Below the pieces are notes generated by a model. It was not told where the DNA came from, did not search any database, and saw only the letters and a list, made by a program, of their open reading frames with translations. Positions 1 through 9,142 of a stretch of DNA of 64,000 nucleotides are shown here, in pieces (within the stretch, counting starts at the first letter, position 1; each line of letters begins with the position of its first letter). The stretch lies in the NCBI GenBank assembly GCA_965203355.1, contig OZ241889.1:1696001-1760000 (forward strand). Direction: 5' to 3'. The position numbers and the translations under genes are program-made. This DNA is from Candidatus Latescibacterota bacterium. Lineage in GTDB: Bacteria; Latescibacterota; UBA2968; UBA8231.

Positions 1-584
1 AGAATCGCAATATAAAGCAAGCCGTTTTGTGAAAGCTGGTTGAGCTTGGCGCTTATCCGCGCCATCTGCATCAGCGAATAGGCACTTTCCTGCATCCTAG
101 CACCACCCGACTGGCAGACGATAACTAGCGTGCGTTGTTCGGCCATGGCGCGGTCGATGAGACGGCAGAGCTTTTCGCCGGTCGCGCCGCCTAAAGTGCC
201 CGTGAGATAACGCGAGTCCATGATCGCCAAGGCGACAGAGTGACCGCCGATTTGGCCGATGCCTGTACGCACCGACTCTTTTAGGCCGCTCTGGCGGCGA
301 CTGGTCTTGATTTTGTCTCGATAGCCCTTGAACTTGAGCGGATCGACAGGGGCTACGTTGGCGTTAGTTTCGGTGAATGTACCGTCGTCGATGAGCAGGT
401 CAATGTACTGCTGATGGCCAATGGGATAATGGCAAGCGCACTCCGGGCAGATCCAGTGCCGGCGTCGCAGGGCTATCTCGTAATTGGAATGGCCGCACTT
501 TTTACACTTGATCCAGATGCCTTGGGGGATTTCGCGTTTTATTAGCGACTTGATCCCAGATTTCATTTTTTCAAACCAGTTCAA
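1..584 (-). CDS. accD: acetyl-CoA carboxylase carboxyltransferase beta subunit (runs off window start)
   Basis: Manual translation: MNWFEKMKSG...WIKCKKC...CPEC zinc finger, SGGARMQES, SLMQMARI; TTG start with GAGGA RBS. Confidence 0.93.
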   Translation of the reverse strand, partial: MNWFEKMKSGIKSLIKREIPQGIWIKCKKCGHSNYEIALRRRHWICPECACHYPIGHQQYIDLLIDDGTFTETNANVAPVDPLKFKGYRDKIKTSRRQSGLKESVRTGIGQIGGHSVALAIMDSRYLTGTLGGATGEKLCRLIDRAMAEQRTLVIVCQSGGARMQESAYSLMQMARISAKLNQLSQNGLLYIAI

Positions 585-929
585 GGCTGTTCCTCTCAGA
601 TTAGCCCTGCCGTTTGAGCCCGGCAGAAGTGAACGTGGTGCTAGTTCGGATAGATGCACTATTCGTCATATATAGACAGCGAATAAAGTGCATAGAGAAC
701 AAATACTTGTCAATCAGCAGACGCGAGACGAGCCGCGAAAATGTAACGCAGTTGCTACAAAGATGTAATGGCGGGAGTCGCTATATCTCGATATTGATAC
801 AGTCTTTGAAGTTGCATCTCAAAGGGTAAGTCTATATCTTAACGACTATCTTTGTGAAGGTTGTGTTAAGCGATAAACCGCGAGTTGACTGTAGCCATAT
901 TGAGGGTTCCCACCGTGAAATGTAATCTG

Positions 930-2036
930 ATGCGCACCTTAGGACTAGCGATCTGTACCTTAATTTTGGGGGCCGAGATCCGGGCCGAGGAAGTTGCAAC
1001 GGCCGATTCAATCCGCAAGTACAAATACTATGCCAAAACAGCACGCCAAAACAAAGAGTACGACAAGGCCATAAGCTATTACACGACTGTTCTGCAATAC
1101 AGTCCCCAAGATCTACAGGCCGCCTACTTCTTAGGGAAGGTGCATTACGAAAAAAAGGATTTTGTCGGTGTGCGCACTGCGCTGCGTCAGGCAATCAGTA
1201 TCGACTCGCTGCATCTGAATACCAACCTGCTTCTCTACTCGGTCTATCAAGCTGACTTTCCCGATTCGGCGGCGCGGAGCTTGGAGCGCGTATTGCTCAA
1301 AAAACCGGACGCGGCTGAGCGTCGTCGCGAATTAGCGGATCTCTATCGCCGCGAAGGCCACAACGAGCGAGCTATCGCCCACTATGAGAAATTGGTTGAG
1401 GATGGGGCAAAGGATACCGATCTATTTGAAATAATTGCGGTGTTGCATCGGGATCTGGGACAGGTAGAGCAAGCACTTGAGTGGCGTAAACGCCAGATCG
1501 AGGGCGGGACGGGCGGAGCCGACCAATTGGAGCGCATCGTCGAACTGAGGCTAGAGGTCGGCGATGTCGAAGGGGCTTACGACACGCTATTGAAATTGGC
1601 GAAGGTGGATTCTCTGAACGCCTATTCCTACTACAACCGCATCGCATCCATTGCCTCTACAGAGAGCGACGATACTTGGCGTTTCAAGGGGCTCAAGGGC
1701 ATGGTAAAGGCCGACCCCAAGGATTTGCAGAGCATAGCTGAACTGGTGGAGTGGCACCAAGGCCGCAGCGAGTTCTCCTTGGCAAAAGCGCGGCTGAGGC
1801 AGGGGCTGAAAGTAAATCCAAAGGATGCACACCTACTGCTACTCAAAGGCGACAATCTGGTGCAGGAGGGCGACGAAGAAGGGGCCATCGCCGCCTTTGA
1901 GAAAGCCAAAGCCGATCCGGCTTGGGAAAAGGTGGCTCAGCAGCGCATCTGGCAGCTCCGGCCACCCGAGACCGAGGAAGAAAAACTCAAGCGGCAGTTC
2001 TTCGGTGGTGAAGAGGCACAAGAGGAGCAAAACTAA
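930..2036 (+). CDS. exported tetratricopeptide repeat protein
   Basis: Signal-peptide-like N-terminus (MRTLGLAICTLILGAEIRA), multiple TPR helices; heads the exbB/exbD/tonB operon. Confidence 0.8.
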   Translation: MRTLGLAICTLILGAEIRAEEVATADSIRKYKYYAKTARQNKEYDKAISYYTTVLQYSPQDLQAAYFLGKVHYEKKDFVGVRTALRQAISIDSLHLNTNLLLYSVYQADFPDSAARSLERVLLKKPDAAERRRELADLYRREGHNERAIAHYEKLVEDGAKDTDLFEIIAVLHRDLGQVEQALEWRKRQIEGGTGGADQLERIVELRLEVGDVEGAYDTLLKLAKVDSLNAYSYYNRIASIASTESDDTWRFKGLKGMVKADPKDLQSIAELVEWHQGRSEFSLAKARLRQGLKVNPKDAHLLLLKGDNLVQEGDEEGAIAAFEKAKADPAWEKVAQQRIWQLRPPETEEEKLKRQFFGGEEAQEEQN

Positions 2037-2090
2037 AAATCGTTCCGGTCTGTTGAACCGAGGCTAACATTACAATCGCGAGGAGAAAAA

Positions 2091-2708
2091 ATGCTAGAGC
2101 TTTTTCAAGATGGTGGATGGGCCATGTATCCCTTGATCGTTCTGCTCATCGTTGGCGTTGGAGTGGCGATTGAACGCCTGTACAATTTGTCGCGGTCGTC
2201 GATTGATGCTGAGAATTTTTTCGCGGGTCTCGAAGAGGCACTCGCAAGCGGAGGACCCGAGGCCGCGGCCGAGCTCTGCTCAAATACGCGCGGTCCGGTT
2301 GCCTCCGTTATCCATGCTGGGCTTCTGCGCTTGGAGCGCGGCATTGGCCACGTCGAGAAAGCCGTTGACAATTCTGGTGCGGTGGAGATGGCCTTTCTCG
2401 AGCGCGGCATGGTCTGGCTCTCGACCGTAGCTAACTTGGCACCGATGATCGGCTTTTTGGGCACGGTCAGCGGTATGATCAACGCCTTTCAGGCGATTAA
2501 GGAAGCTGGCGATGTCGAGCCTTCCATGGTTGCAGGTGGAATTTCCGAAGCCCTAATCACTACGGCTGCGGGGCTGATCGTGGGCATTCTGATTCAATTT
2601 TGCTACAACTTCTGCGCCAATCGCATCGATAAGATCATCGCGGACATGACCGAGCAGACGGCCAACTTTATCGACCTATTGGCCGCGCGCGAGCACCAAG
2701 GAGCCTAG
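2091..2708 (+). CDS. exbB: MotA/TolQ/ExbB proton channel protein
   Basis: LAPMIGFLGTVSGMINAF and GISEALITTAAGL motifs. Confidence 0.92.
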   Translation: MLELFQDGGWAMYPLIVLLIVGVGVAIERLYNLSRSSIDAENFFAGLEEALASGGPEAAAELCSNTRGPVASVIHAGLLRLERGIGHVEKAVDNSGAVEMAFLERGMVWLSTVANLAPMIGFLGTVSGMINAFQAIKEAGDVEPSMVAGGISEALITTAAGLIVGILIQFCYNFCANRIDKIIADMTEQTANFIDLLAAREHQGA

Positions 2709-2709
2709 C

Positions 2710-3123
2710 GTGATTGGAAGGCGGCAGAGCCGGGTCTCCCCGGAAATCCCCACCGCTTCAATGGCAGATATCGCTTTTTTGCTGATCGTGTTCTTCCTCG
2801 TCACGACCACGATGAACCAAGACAAGGGTCTCTCGTTGCACTTGCCGCCGGTGGGCGAGACCAAGGAAGTACAAGAGAAGAATATTCTCAACGTGTGGAT
2901 CAACGCCCGCGATCAAGTCGCCTTTTTTGAGAATGAGCAGTTGACGCCCGTGCCGTTTGCCGAACTCAAGGCGCGAATTGAAGGGCGTCTGCGGGAAAAC
3001 GAGAATCTGATCGTCTCGCTTAAGACGGAGCGCGGAGCCACCTATCGGACCTTCGTCAATGTGCTAGACGAACTCAAACTAGCCGGGGCCACCAAGATCT
3101 CGATTGCCAACCCGGAAGAATAA
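2710..3123 (+). CDS. exbD: biopolymer transporter ExbD/TolR
   Basis: IPTASMADIAFLLIVFFLVTT transmembrane motif with conserved Asp. Confidence 0.9.
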   Translation: MIGRRQSRVSPEIPTASMADIAFLLIVFFLVTTTMNQDKGLSLHLPPVGETKEVQEKNILNVWINARDQVAFFENEQLTPVPFAELKARIEGRLRENENLIVSLKTERGATYRTFVNVLDELKLAGATKISIANPEE

Positions 3124-3126
3124 CCG

Positions 3127-3540
3127 ATGAAATTCGCACGCAAAGCCAAAGTAGTTAGCGTCATTCCCACGGCCTCTATGGCCGATATATCTTTCTTGCT
3201 CCTCGTGTTTTTCATGGTCTCGACGGTTTTCGTGCGCTATAGGGGTGTGCCAGTGGAGTTGCCACAGGCCGAAAAAATCGAGAAGCTCGAAAGCCGCCGC
3301 AACGTATTGCAGGTTTGGGTCAGCAGCAAGGGAGCTGTCTATATCGAGGACCGGAACATCCCGCTTTCCGAAGTGGGCAAGCTGGTGCATAAGTACCTGA
3401 CGGCCAATCCTCGGTTGATCATCTCGTTGCGGGGCGATAAGGATTCCGAGTTCGGGGTGATTTCCGATGTCATGGAGGAATTGCGCAAGGTCGAAGCCTT
3501 GCGGGTCAATTTTTCCACCAAGCGGGAGTTGGACGAATGA
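3127..3540 (+). CDS. exbD: biopolymer transporter ExbD/TolR (second paralog)
   Basis: IPTASMADISFLLLVFFMVST; C-terminal LRGDKDS..GVISDVMEELR. Confidence 0.9.
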   Translation: MKFARKAKVVSVIPTASMADISFLLLVFFMVSTVFVRYRGVPVELPQAEKIEKLESRRNVLQVWVSSKGAVYIEDRNIPLSEVGKLVHKYLTANPRLIISLRGDKDSEFGVISDVMEELRKVEALRVNFSTKRELDE

Positions 3541-4190
3541 TTCGCAGCAAGCAGCCCGAAGCCAACCTGCGGCTGACGTATCGAAAGACGTTATGGGCTT
3601 GTACAGGTCTTTCTACTCTCTTACACGTGGCCCTCTTTGTCCTTTTCCCCAGCTTTGAGCCGGAAGCCTACGCCAAATCCGAAGAGCCGATTGTCATTCA
3701 ACTCGAAGAAATTCCCGAAACCAAACAGGAACGCCGACCTCCACCGCCCGCCCGCCCGGTCGTGCCCGTGCCTACCGACAACCCGGATGTCCCGGATGAC
3801 GTGACCATTGAGGACACCGACCTCGACCTCGACCTCGACGATCTGGCACCGCCGCCGCCATTGGAGGAGGAGATTGAAGAAGTCGAGTTGGAAGAGGAAG
3901 AGGAGATCGTCGAGTTGTGGCGGGTCGAGAAAAAGCCTGTGATTGTCAAAAAAGTAACGCCGGAGTATCCGGCTACCGCCCAGAAGGCCAATATCACGGG
4001 CAAGGTGTTTGTCACCGCGCTCGTCGGCAAAGACGGCAAGGTTGAGCAGATCGGCAAGATCACGGGTCCCAAGGTATTCCACGAGGTCGCCCAAGCTGCC
4101 GCTCTCCAGTCGGAGTTTACGCCGGCGATGCAAAACGACAGGCCCGTCAAGGTTTGGGTTAGCTTGCCCTTTACCTTTAGGCTCAGGTGA
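3537..4190 (+). CDS. tonB: energy transducer TonB
   Basis: TM helix with S-x3-H, Pro/acidic linker, C-terminal YPATAQKANITGKVFV...FTPAMQNDRPVKVWVSLPFTF. Confidence 0.9.
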   Translation: MIRSKQPEANLRLTYRKTLWACTGLSTLLHVALFVLFPSFEPEAYAKSEEPIVIQLEEIPETKQERRPPPPARPVVPVPTDNPDVPDDVTIEDTDLDLDLDDLAPPPPLEEEIEEVELEEEEEIVELWRVEKKPVIVKKVTPEYPATAQKANITGKVFVTALVGKDGKVEQIGKITGPKVFHEVAQAAALQSEFTPAMQNDRPVKVWVSLPFTFRLR

Positions 4191-4315
4191 CGGTTGCCAT
4201 ATCTTCCTACCTTTTCTTATATTTAGGCACTCTCCTGACAGCAATTCCTTACTTCTTTCTTCTCCGCACAAGTGTCGTCCACCGTATTTTGGGCAGATCC
4301 GTGGAGGATTAGTCT

Positions 4316-4771
4316 ATGAAGTGTCCCTATTGCCATTGTGAAGAAGATCGGGTGGTGGATTCGCGGTCGTGCCGCGAAGGTATGGCGATTCGCCGTCGCC
4401 GCGAATGCACAGGTTGTTCCACGCGCTTCACAACCTATGAATACATCGAAAACGTGTCCCTGTCCGTCATTAAGGCCGACGGTCGCCGCGAGCCTTTTGA
4501 CCGCAGCAAACTGCTCGACAAGATACAGGTAGCCTGTTACAAGACTACCATTTCAGCCGAGGAAATTGAGCAACTCGTCGATCAGGTCGAGGCCGATGTG
4601 AGCAGTCTCAAGGCGAAGGAAATTCCCTCCAAGCAGATCGGCGAGCGCGTTATGGAGCATCTGCGCCAGCTCAACGACGTGGCGTATGTGCGTTTTGCCT
4701 CGGTCTATCGCCAGTTCAAGGACAAGCGCGATTTCATGCGCGAATTGGAGCAATTGGCTACTAATAATTAA
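4316..4771 (+). CDS. nrdR: transcriptional repressor NrdR
   Basis: MKCPYC...VVDSR...IRRRRECTGCSTRFTTYE, ATP cone, VAYVRFASVYRQF. Confidence 0.97.
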   Translation: MKCPYCHCEEDRVVDSRSCREGMAIRRRRECTGCSTRFTTYEYIENVSLSVIKADGRREPFDRSKLLDKIQVACYKTTISAEEIEQLVDQVEADVSSLKAKEIPSKQIGERVMEHLRQLNDVAYVRFASVYRQFKDKRDFMRELEQLATNN

Positions 4772-4840
4772 AGGACAGAACTGTTTTTTCAGCGCAGCGC
4801 AACCGGATTGAAAAGAAATTTCTCTAGATTTGTTTTTAAC

Positions 4841-4869
4841 TTGACAAATACGCACACTGTTTCTACTTT
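4841..4869 (+). promoter_or_regulatory. sigma70-type promoter of nrdJ
   Basis: TTGACA-17 nt-TACTTT. Confidence 0.7.
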
Positions 4870-4879
4870 TGGCCTCAGC

Positions 4880-4926
4880 ACACTACATATAGTGCCAAAT
4901 GAGTGTAATGCCCTGAGATAATGTGT
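4880..4926 (+). promoter_or_regulatory. tandem NrdR boxes
   Basis: ACACTACATATAGTGC (4880-4895) matches consensus acaCwAtATaTwGtgt; degenerate second box CCCTGAGATAATGTGT starts 31 bp downstream, a typical spacing. Confidence 0.8.
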
Positions 4927-5043
4927 CTCGGGGCTGCACTTTTGCTCTCTCCCCTAATCCTAACAGCCGTTAACCTACCTTCTTAAGAGTTTGGGCGATG
5001 TTTTCCACTTCGCCCATGGACTTTTTTGTTTTAACGGGAGGGC

Positions 5044-7401
5044 ATGATGGAGTCCGAACGCGCAGTCGCACACCGCTTTGAAGATATGCTGGCACAACTC
5101 GAAGGCCACGGGTTCAAGCGCAACGGCCACGATGCTCTGTTGGCTCGCGCCGCTGATGCCGAGACCTATTACGGGGACAACGAGTTGGCCATTGACGTTT
5201 TGCGGAACAAGTACTTGGCACCCGGCGAAACCGGCCCGTTGCACATCTGGGATCGCATCGCCCGGGCAATGGCCTCGGTGGAGGAGGATCCCCAATACTG
5301 GTACGACCGCTTCTTTTCGCTATTGATGGACTTCAAGTTCATCCCCGGAGGGCGCGTCATGCACGGCGCGGGCCGGGACGAGGCTAGGCGTAAGCCGACG
5401 CTGTCCAACTGCTATGTCATTCCCATTGAAGAAGATAGCTTAGAAGGCATCTATCGCTGTCTGAGCGAGTCGGCGATGGTGTACCGCACGGGCGGTGGGG
5501 TCGGCACGGATTTGTCGATTCTCAGGCCGCATGGGGCTCCAGTCAACGCCACGGTGGATGCCTCGCCGGGTTGCACCGCCTTTATGAACCTGCTCTCCGA
5601 GAGCACCAATGCCGTCTCTCAGGCTGGTCGCCGCGGTGCCCTGATGCTGACCTTGCGGGTTGATCATCCCGATATCGAAGACTTCATCACCATCAAAAAC
5701 GACTCCAACCGCACCAAAGTGCAGTACGCCAACATCAGTGTGCTGATTACCCACGAGTTTATGCAGGCTGTGTTGGCCGACTCGGACTTTGACTTGTGCT
5801 GGGGTGGCCAGGTGTTCCGCACGGTCAAGGCGCGCCAACTGTGGGACAAAATCATTGCCAATGCCCATGCCAGTGCCGAGCCGGGGATTATTTTTTGGGA
5901 CACGATGCGCGAGTATCACAATGTCGAGTATGCCAATCCACTCACTAGCACTAATCCCTGCGGCGAACAGCCACTGGCCTCGTACACAGCCTGCAACCTA
6001 GGCAATCTCAATTTGGTGAACTTCGTCCGTGCCGATGGCGAACTCGACTACGAGGAGTTGGGGCAGGCCGCCCGTGTGGCGACCCGCTTTTTGGACAACG
6101 TCATTGATTACAACGTGGACAACCATGCCCTACCTAAAATTCGCGAAGCCGTAGCCTCCGACCGGCGGGTCGGTTTGGGCATCACCGGCATGGCTGACGC
6201 GCTGATCTTGATGCAGAGTAAGTACGATTCGGACGAGGCGCTGGCGATCATTGACCGCATTATGGCCACTATCTGCCACAACGCCTACGAAATGTCCGTC
6301 GAATTGGCGCAGGAGAAGGGGGGCTTTCCGCTTTTCGACTGGGAGGGCGTCAAGCAGAGCAAATTCATCCAAAGCCTGCCCCAGACGCTACAAGAGAAAA
6401 TCGCCGAGCACGGTCTGCGCAATTGCACCTTGATTACCATGCCGCCGGTGGGAACGGGGTCGATTGTGGCGCAGACGAGTTCGGGGATTGAGCCGATTTT
6501 TTGCACTAGCTACACCCGCCGGGTAAAGCAAGACGATGGCGAGAGTTTCCGCGAATACAAGGTCTATCATCCGCTCATCCAGCAGGTCTTCGGCGGCGAT
6601 GAGGATCTGCCTGACTACGTCGTGACGGCTCACGAAATCGACCCCTACTTCCGGGTCAAGATGCAGGGCGTGATCCAGCAGTACACCGATAGCAGCATTT
6701 CCTCGACGATCAACCTGCCCGAAGACATTGAGCTAGAGACGGTCGCCGACATCTACATCACCGCGTACAAAGAGGGTCTCAAGGGTGTGACGGTGTACCG
6801 CGAGGGGAGCCGCGAGGGCATCCTGCAGACCGAAGGCCAAGCCGACCAGAAGGAAGTTGAAACTCCGGCTGTGGAGATGCCCGATTCCTTGGGGCCGGAT
6901 GGCTTTCGGCACCGCCGCCGTCGCCCGGCTGTCACTAGGGGCATTACCGAGCGGATCAACACAGGTGAGGGCAAGATCTACGTAACGATCAACGAGGACG
7001 AATACGGGATCTGCGAGGTCTTTAGCACCATCGGCAAAGCGGGCGGCAATGCGGCTGCCCAGTCTGAGGCCATCAGTCGGCTGATTTCGCTTGCGTTGCG
7101 CTCGGGGGTGGATCCCCAGGAAGTCATCAGCGAGTTGAAGGGCATTTCCGGGCCGAGTCCAGTGTGGGAAGATGGCGAGCTCGTGCTATCGACGCCGGAT
7201 GCTATTGGCAAGGCGATAGAGCGCTATTTGCAGCGGAAAGCGGGCAAGCAGCATAAAGCGATTGTCTCTGAGGGCGAGCCGCCCTGTTCCGTTGCAAGCA
7301 GCGAGCCAAAGGTGCTAACGACCTGTCCAGAATGCGGCTCGACGGTAGCTTATGAGAGTAGCTGTCTAATGTGCAAGCACTGCGGCTGGTCTAAATGTTG
7401 A
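5044..7401 (+). CDS. nrdJ: class II adenosylcobalamin-dependent ribonucleotide reductase
   Basis: FIPGGR, LSNCYV, GRRGA, TNPCGEQPL, PPVGT..., TSCPD-like domain and C-terminal CPEC..CKHCGWSKC. Confidence 0.95.
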   Translation: MMESERAVAHRFEDMLAQLEGHGFKRNGHDALLARAADAETYYGDNELAIDVLRNKYLAPGETGPLHIWDRIARAMASVEEDPQYWYDRFFSLLMDFKFIPGGRVMHGAGRDEARRKPTLSNCYVIPIEEDSLEGIYRCLSESAMVYRTGGGVGTDLSILRPHGAPVNATVDASPGCTAFMNLLSESTNAVSQAGRRGALMLTLRVDHPDIEDFITIKNDSNRTKVQYANISVLITHEFMQAVLADSDFDLCWGGQVFRTVKARQLWDKIIANAHASAEPGIIFWDTMREYHNVEYANPLTSTNPCGEQPLASYTACNLGNLNLVNFVRADGELDYEELGQAARVATRFLDNVIDYNVDNHALPKIREAVASDRRVGLGITGMADALILMQSKYDSDEALAIIDRIMATICHNAYEMSVELAQEKGGFPLFDWEGVKQSKFIQSLPQTLQEKIAEHGLRNCTLITMPPVGTGSIVAQTSSGIEPIFCTSYTRRVKQDDGESFREYKVYHPLIQQVFGGDEDLPDYVVTAHEIDPYFRVKMQGVIQQYTDSSISSTINLPEDIELETVADIYITAYKEGLKGVTVYREGSREGILQTEGQADQKEVETPAVEMPDSLGPDGFRHRRRRPAVTRGITERINTGEGKIYVTINEDEYGICEVFSTIGKAGGNAAAQSEAISRLISLALRSGVDPQEVISELKGISGPSPVWEDGELVLSTPDAIGKAIERYLQRKAGKQHKAIVSEGEPPCSVASSEPKVLTTCPECGSTVAYESSCLMCKHCGWSKC

Positions 7402-7432
7402 ACTAAAGCCGGACTGTGTTTTTCGTTTGAGG

Positions 7433-7472
7433 CGAGGATGTCGTCGGGAGACCGGCGGCATCCTCGTTTTTT
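7433..7472 (+). terminator. intrinsic terminator after nrdJ
   Basis: CGAGGATGTCGTCGG-GAGA-CCGGCGGCATCCTCG followed by T6. Confidence 0.8.
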
Positions 7473-7474
7473 AA

Positions 7475-8230
7475 TTACAACTCCAACACCAATCCGTCGT
7501 AGGCTAGTTGCACACTCGGGGGCAGTTCGGCGTTGGTCTGATGGTGGTCGAGGTCGTGGGCTATATGCGTTAAGTACGTGCGAGCGGGCTGGAGTTTGGC
7601 GATAATGGCCAACGCCTGCTCGACGTTGAAATGGGTGGGATGCTCTTTGTAGCGCAGTGCGTCTAGGACCAGAACCTCTAGACCATGCAGTCGCGCCATG
7701 GCCGCCTCTGGGATGTAATTGGTGTCCGTGGCGTAGGCGAAGTTGCCGATGCGGAAGGCTAAGACTGGTGAGCGGCCGTGATAGATGGTGAGCGGCTCGA
7801 TGGCGAGTCCACAAACTGTGAACGGTCCGGTAATCGGACGCAGGGCTAGCTGCGGCGTCGCGCTTGGAGCGTCTTTGTCAAAGGCGTAGTCGAAGACTCG
7901 TTCGATGCGTGCAATGGTGTGCGGATCCGCATAGCAGGGCAGCGGCTGATCGCGGTCAAAGCAATAGGAGCGCACGTCGTCGAGGCCGTGCAGATGATCG
8001 GCGTGGCCGTGAGTCAACAACACGCAATCGACGCGGTCAATCTGATAGCGCAAGGCTTGAGTTCTGAGGTCCGGGCCGGCATCGACGAGGATTGACCGGC
8101 CTTGATATGCTACGTGTAGGGCACAGCGCAAGCGCTTGTTTTTCGGGTCGTCCGAGACGCAAACCGGGCAGTAGCAGCCGATACGTGGCACCCCGATAGA
8201 GGTGCCAGTGCCAAGAAAGGTGACCTTCAT
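7475..8230 (-). CDS. MBL-fold metallohydrolase, PhnP family
   Basis: GTGTSIGVP..CxCxxC, THGHADHLHG motif. Confidence 0.88.
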   Translation of the reverse strand: MKVTFLGTGTSIGVPRIGCYCPVCVSDDPKNKRLRCALHVAYQGRSILVDAGPDLRTQALRYQIDRVDCVLLTHGHADHLHGLDDVRSYCFDRDQPLPCYADPHTIARIERVFDYAFDKDAPSATPQLALRPITGPFTVCGLAIEPLTIYHGRSPVLAFRIGNFAYATDTNYIPEAAMARLHGLEVLVLDALRYKEHPTHFNVEQALAIIAKLQPARTYLTHIAHDLDHHQTNAELPPSVQLAYDGLVLEL

Positions 8231-8982
8231 GCTGGCACAGCGGGTAGGGTCAGAATCCGCGGCCCGTCCTCAGTAATGGCGACGGTATGTTCGGCGTGGG
8301 CAGCAAGCGAGCGGTCGGAAGTGAGCGTGGTCCAGTCGTCGAGATGATCGACTTGAGGGTTCCCTAGGCAGAGAATCGGTTCGATACAGAATACGTGCCC
8401 AGGCTTGAGCAGTGGACCTTTGCCGGGCGAACCATAGTTTTCGATGTAGGGCGACTCGTGTAGTTCGCGGCCAATGCCGTGGCCTCCGTACTCGCGCACT
8501 ACGGCTAGCCCTTGGCTTTCGGCGTGGTGCTGGATGGCATGCGAAATGTCGGAGAGTCGCCTGCCGGGCCGCGCTTGGTCAATGCCCCGTGCGAGGCAGT
8601 CGAGGGTGCCATTGATGAGGTGCTGTGCCTGTGCGCTGATCGCGCCCACCGCGACGGTAAAGGCCCCGTCGCCATAGTAACCATCGAGACAGGCACCCAC
8701 GTCAATACTGACGATGTCTCCCTCTTGCAATGGAGTTTCGTCGGGGAACCCATGCACGATTGCGGCGTTTACTGAAGCGCAAATTGAGTAGGGAAAGTCG
8801 TGGTATCCCTTGAAGGCGGGCACCGCTCCTAAGGCGCGGATTTCGGCCTCGGCGACTTGATCCAGTTCGAGGGTGCTGACGCCGGGCGCGATGAGTACTT
8901 CGAGCTTTTGCTGGACGGCGAAGACGATCTCGCAGCTCGCGGCAATGTGCTCTATTTCGCTTGATTTTTTGCGGTGAATCAA
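8227..8982 (-). CDS. map: type I methionyl aminopeptidase
   Basis: VHGFP, IDVG..DGYYGD, GHGIGRELHE, EP, AHAEHTV; probable TTG start at 8982. Confidence 0.95.
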   Translation of the reverse strand: MIHRKKSSEIEHIAASCEIVFAVQQKLEVLIAPGVSTLELDQVAEAEIRALGAVPAFKGYHDFPYSICASVNAAIVHGFPDETPLQEGDIVSIDVGACLDGYYGDGAFTVAVGAISAQAQHLINGTLDCLARGIDQARPGRRLSDISHAIQHHAESQGLAVVREYGGHGIGRELHESPYIENYGSPGKGPLLKPGHVFCIEPILCLGNPQVDHLDDWTTLTSDRSLAAHAEHTVAITEDGPRILTLPAVPA

Positions 8983-9142
8983 GGTGCAAACCCCAGAGAA
9001 TGTAGCGCGCAATTGCTGAAAGCGTTACAAAAAGACGGTAGCTCTGGTTTGTCAAGAGCGCGTCTTGCGATTGTTGTGGGGCGTCTATATATTCAGAAAA
9101 TTACGTAACTTACGTCTTAAAAGCTATCAACTGAGGGAGCAG

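Noticed and set aside
3818-3841. (GACCTC)n repeat in tonB
   Set aside because: In-frame low-complexity DLDLDL linker typical of TonB; length changes would not shift the frame
4870-5043. Cobalamin riboswitch before nrdJ
   Set aside because: Conserved B12-element motifs were not recognisable
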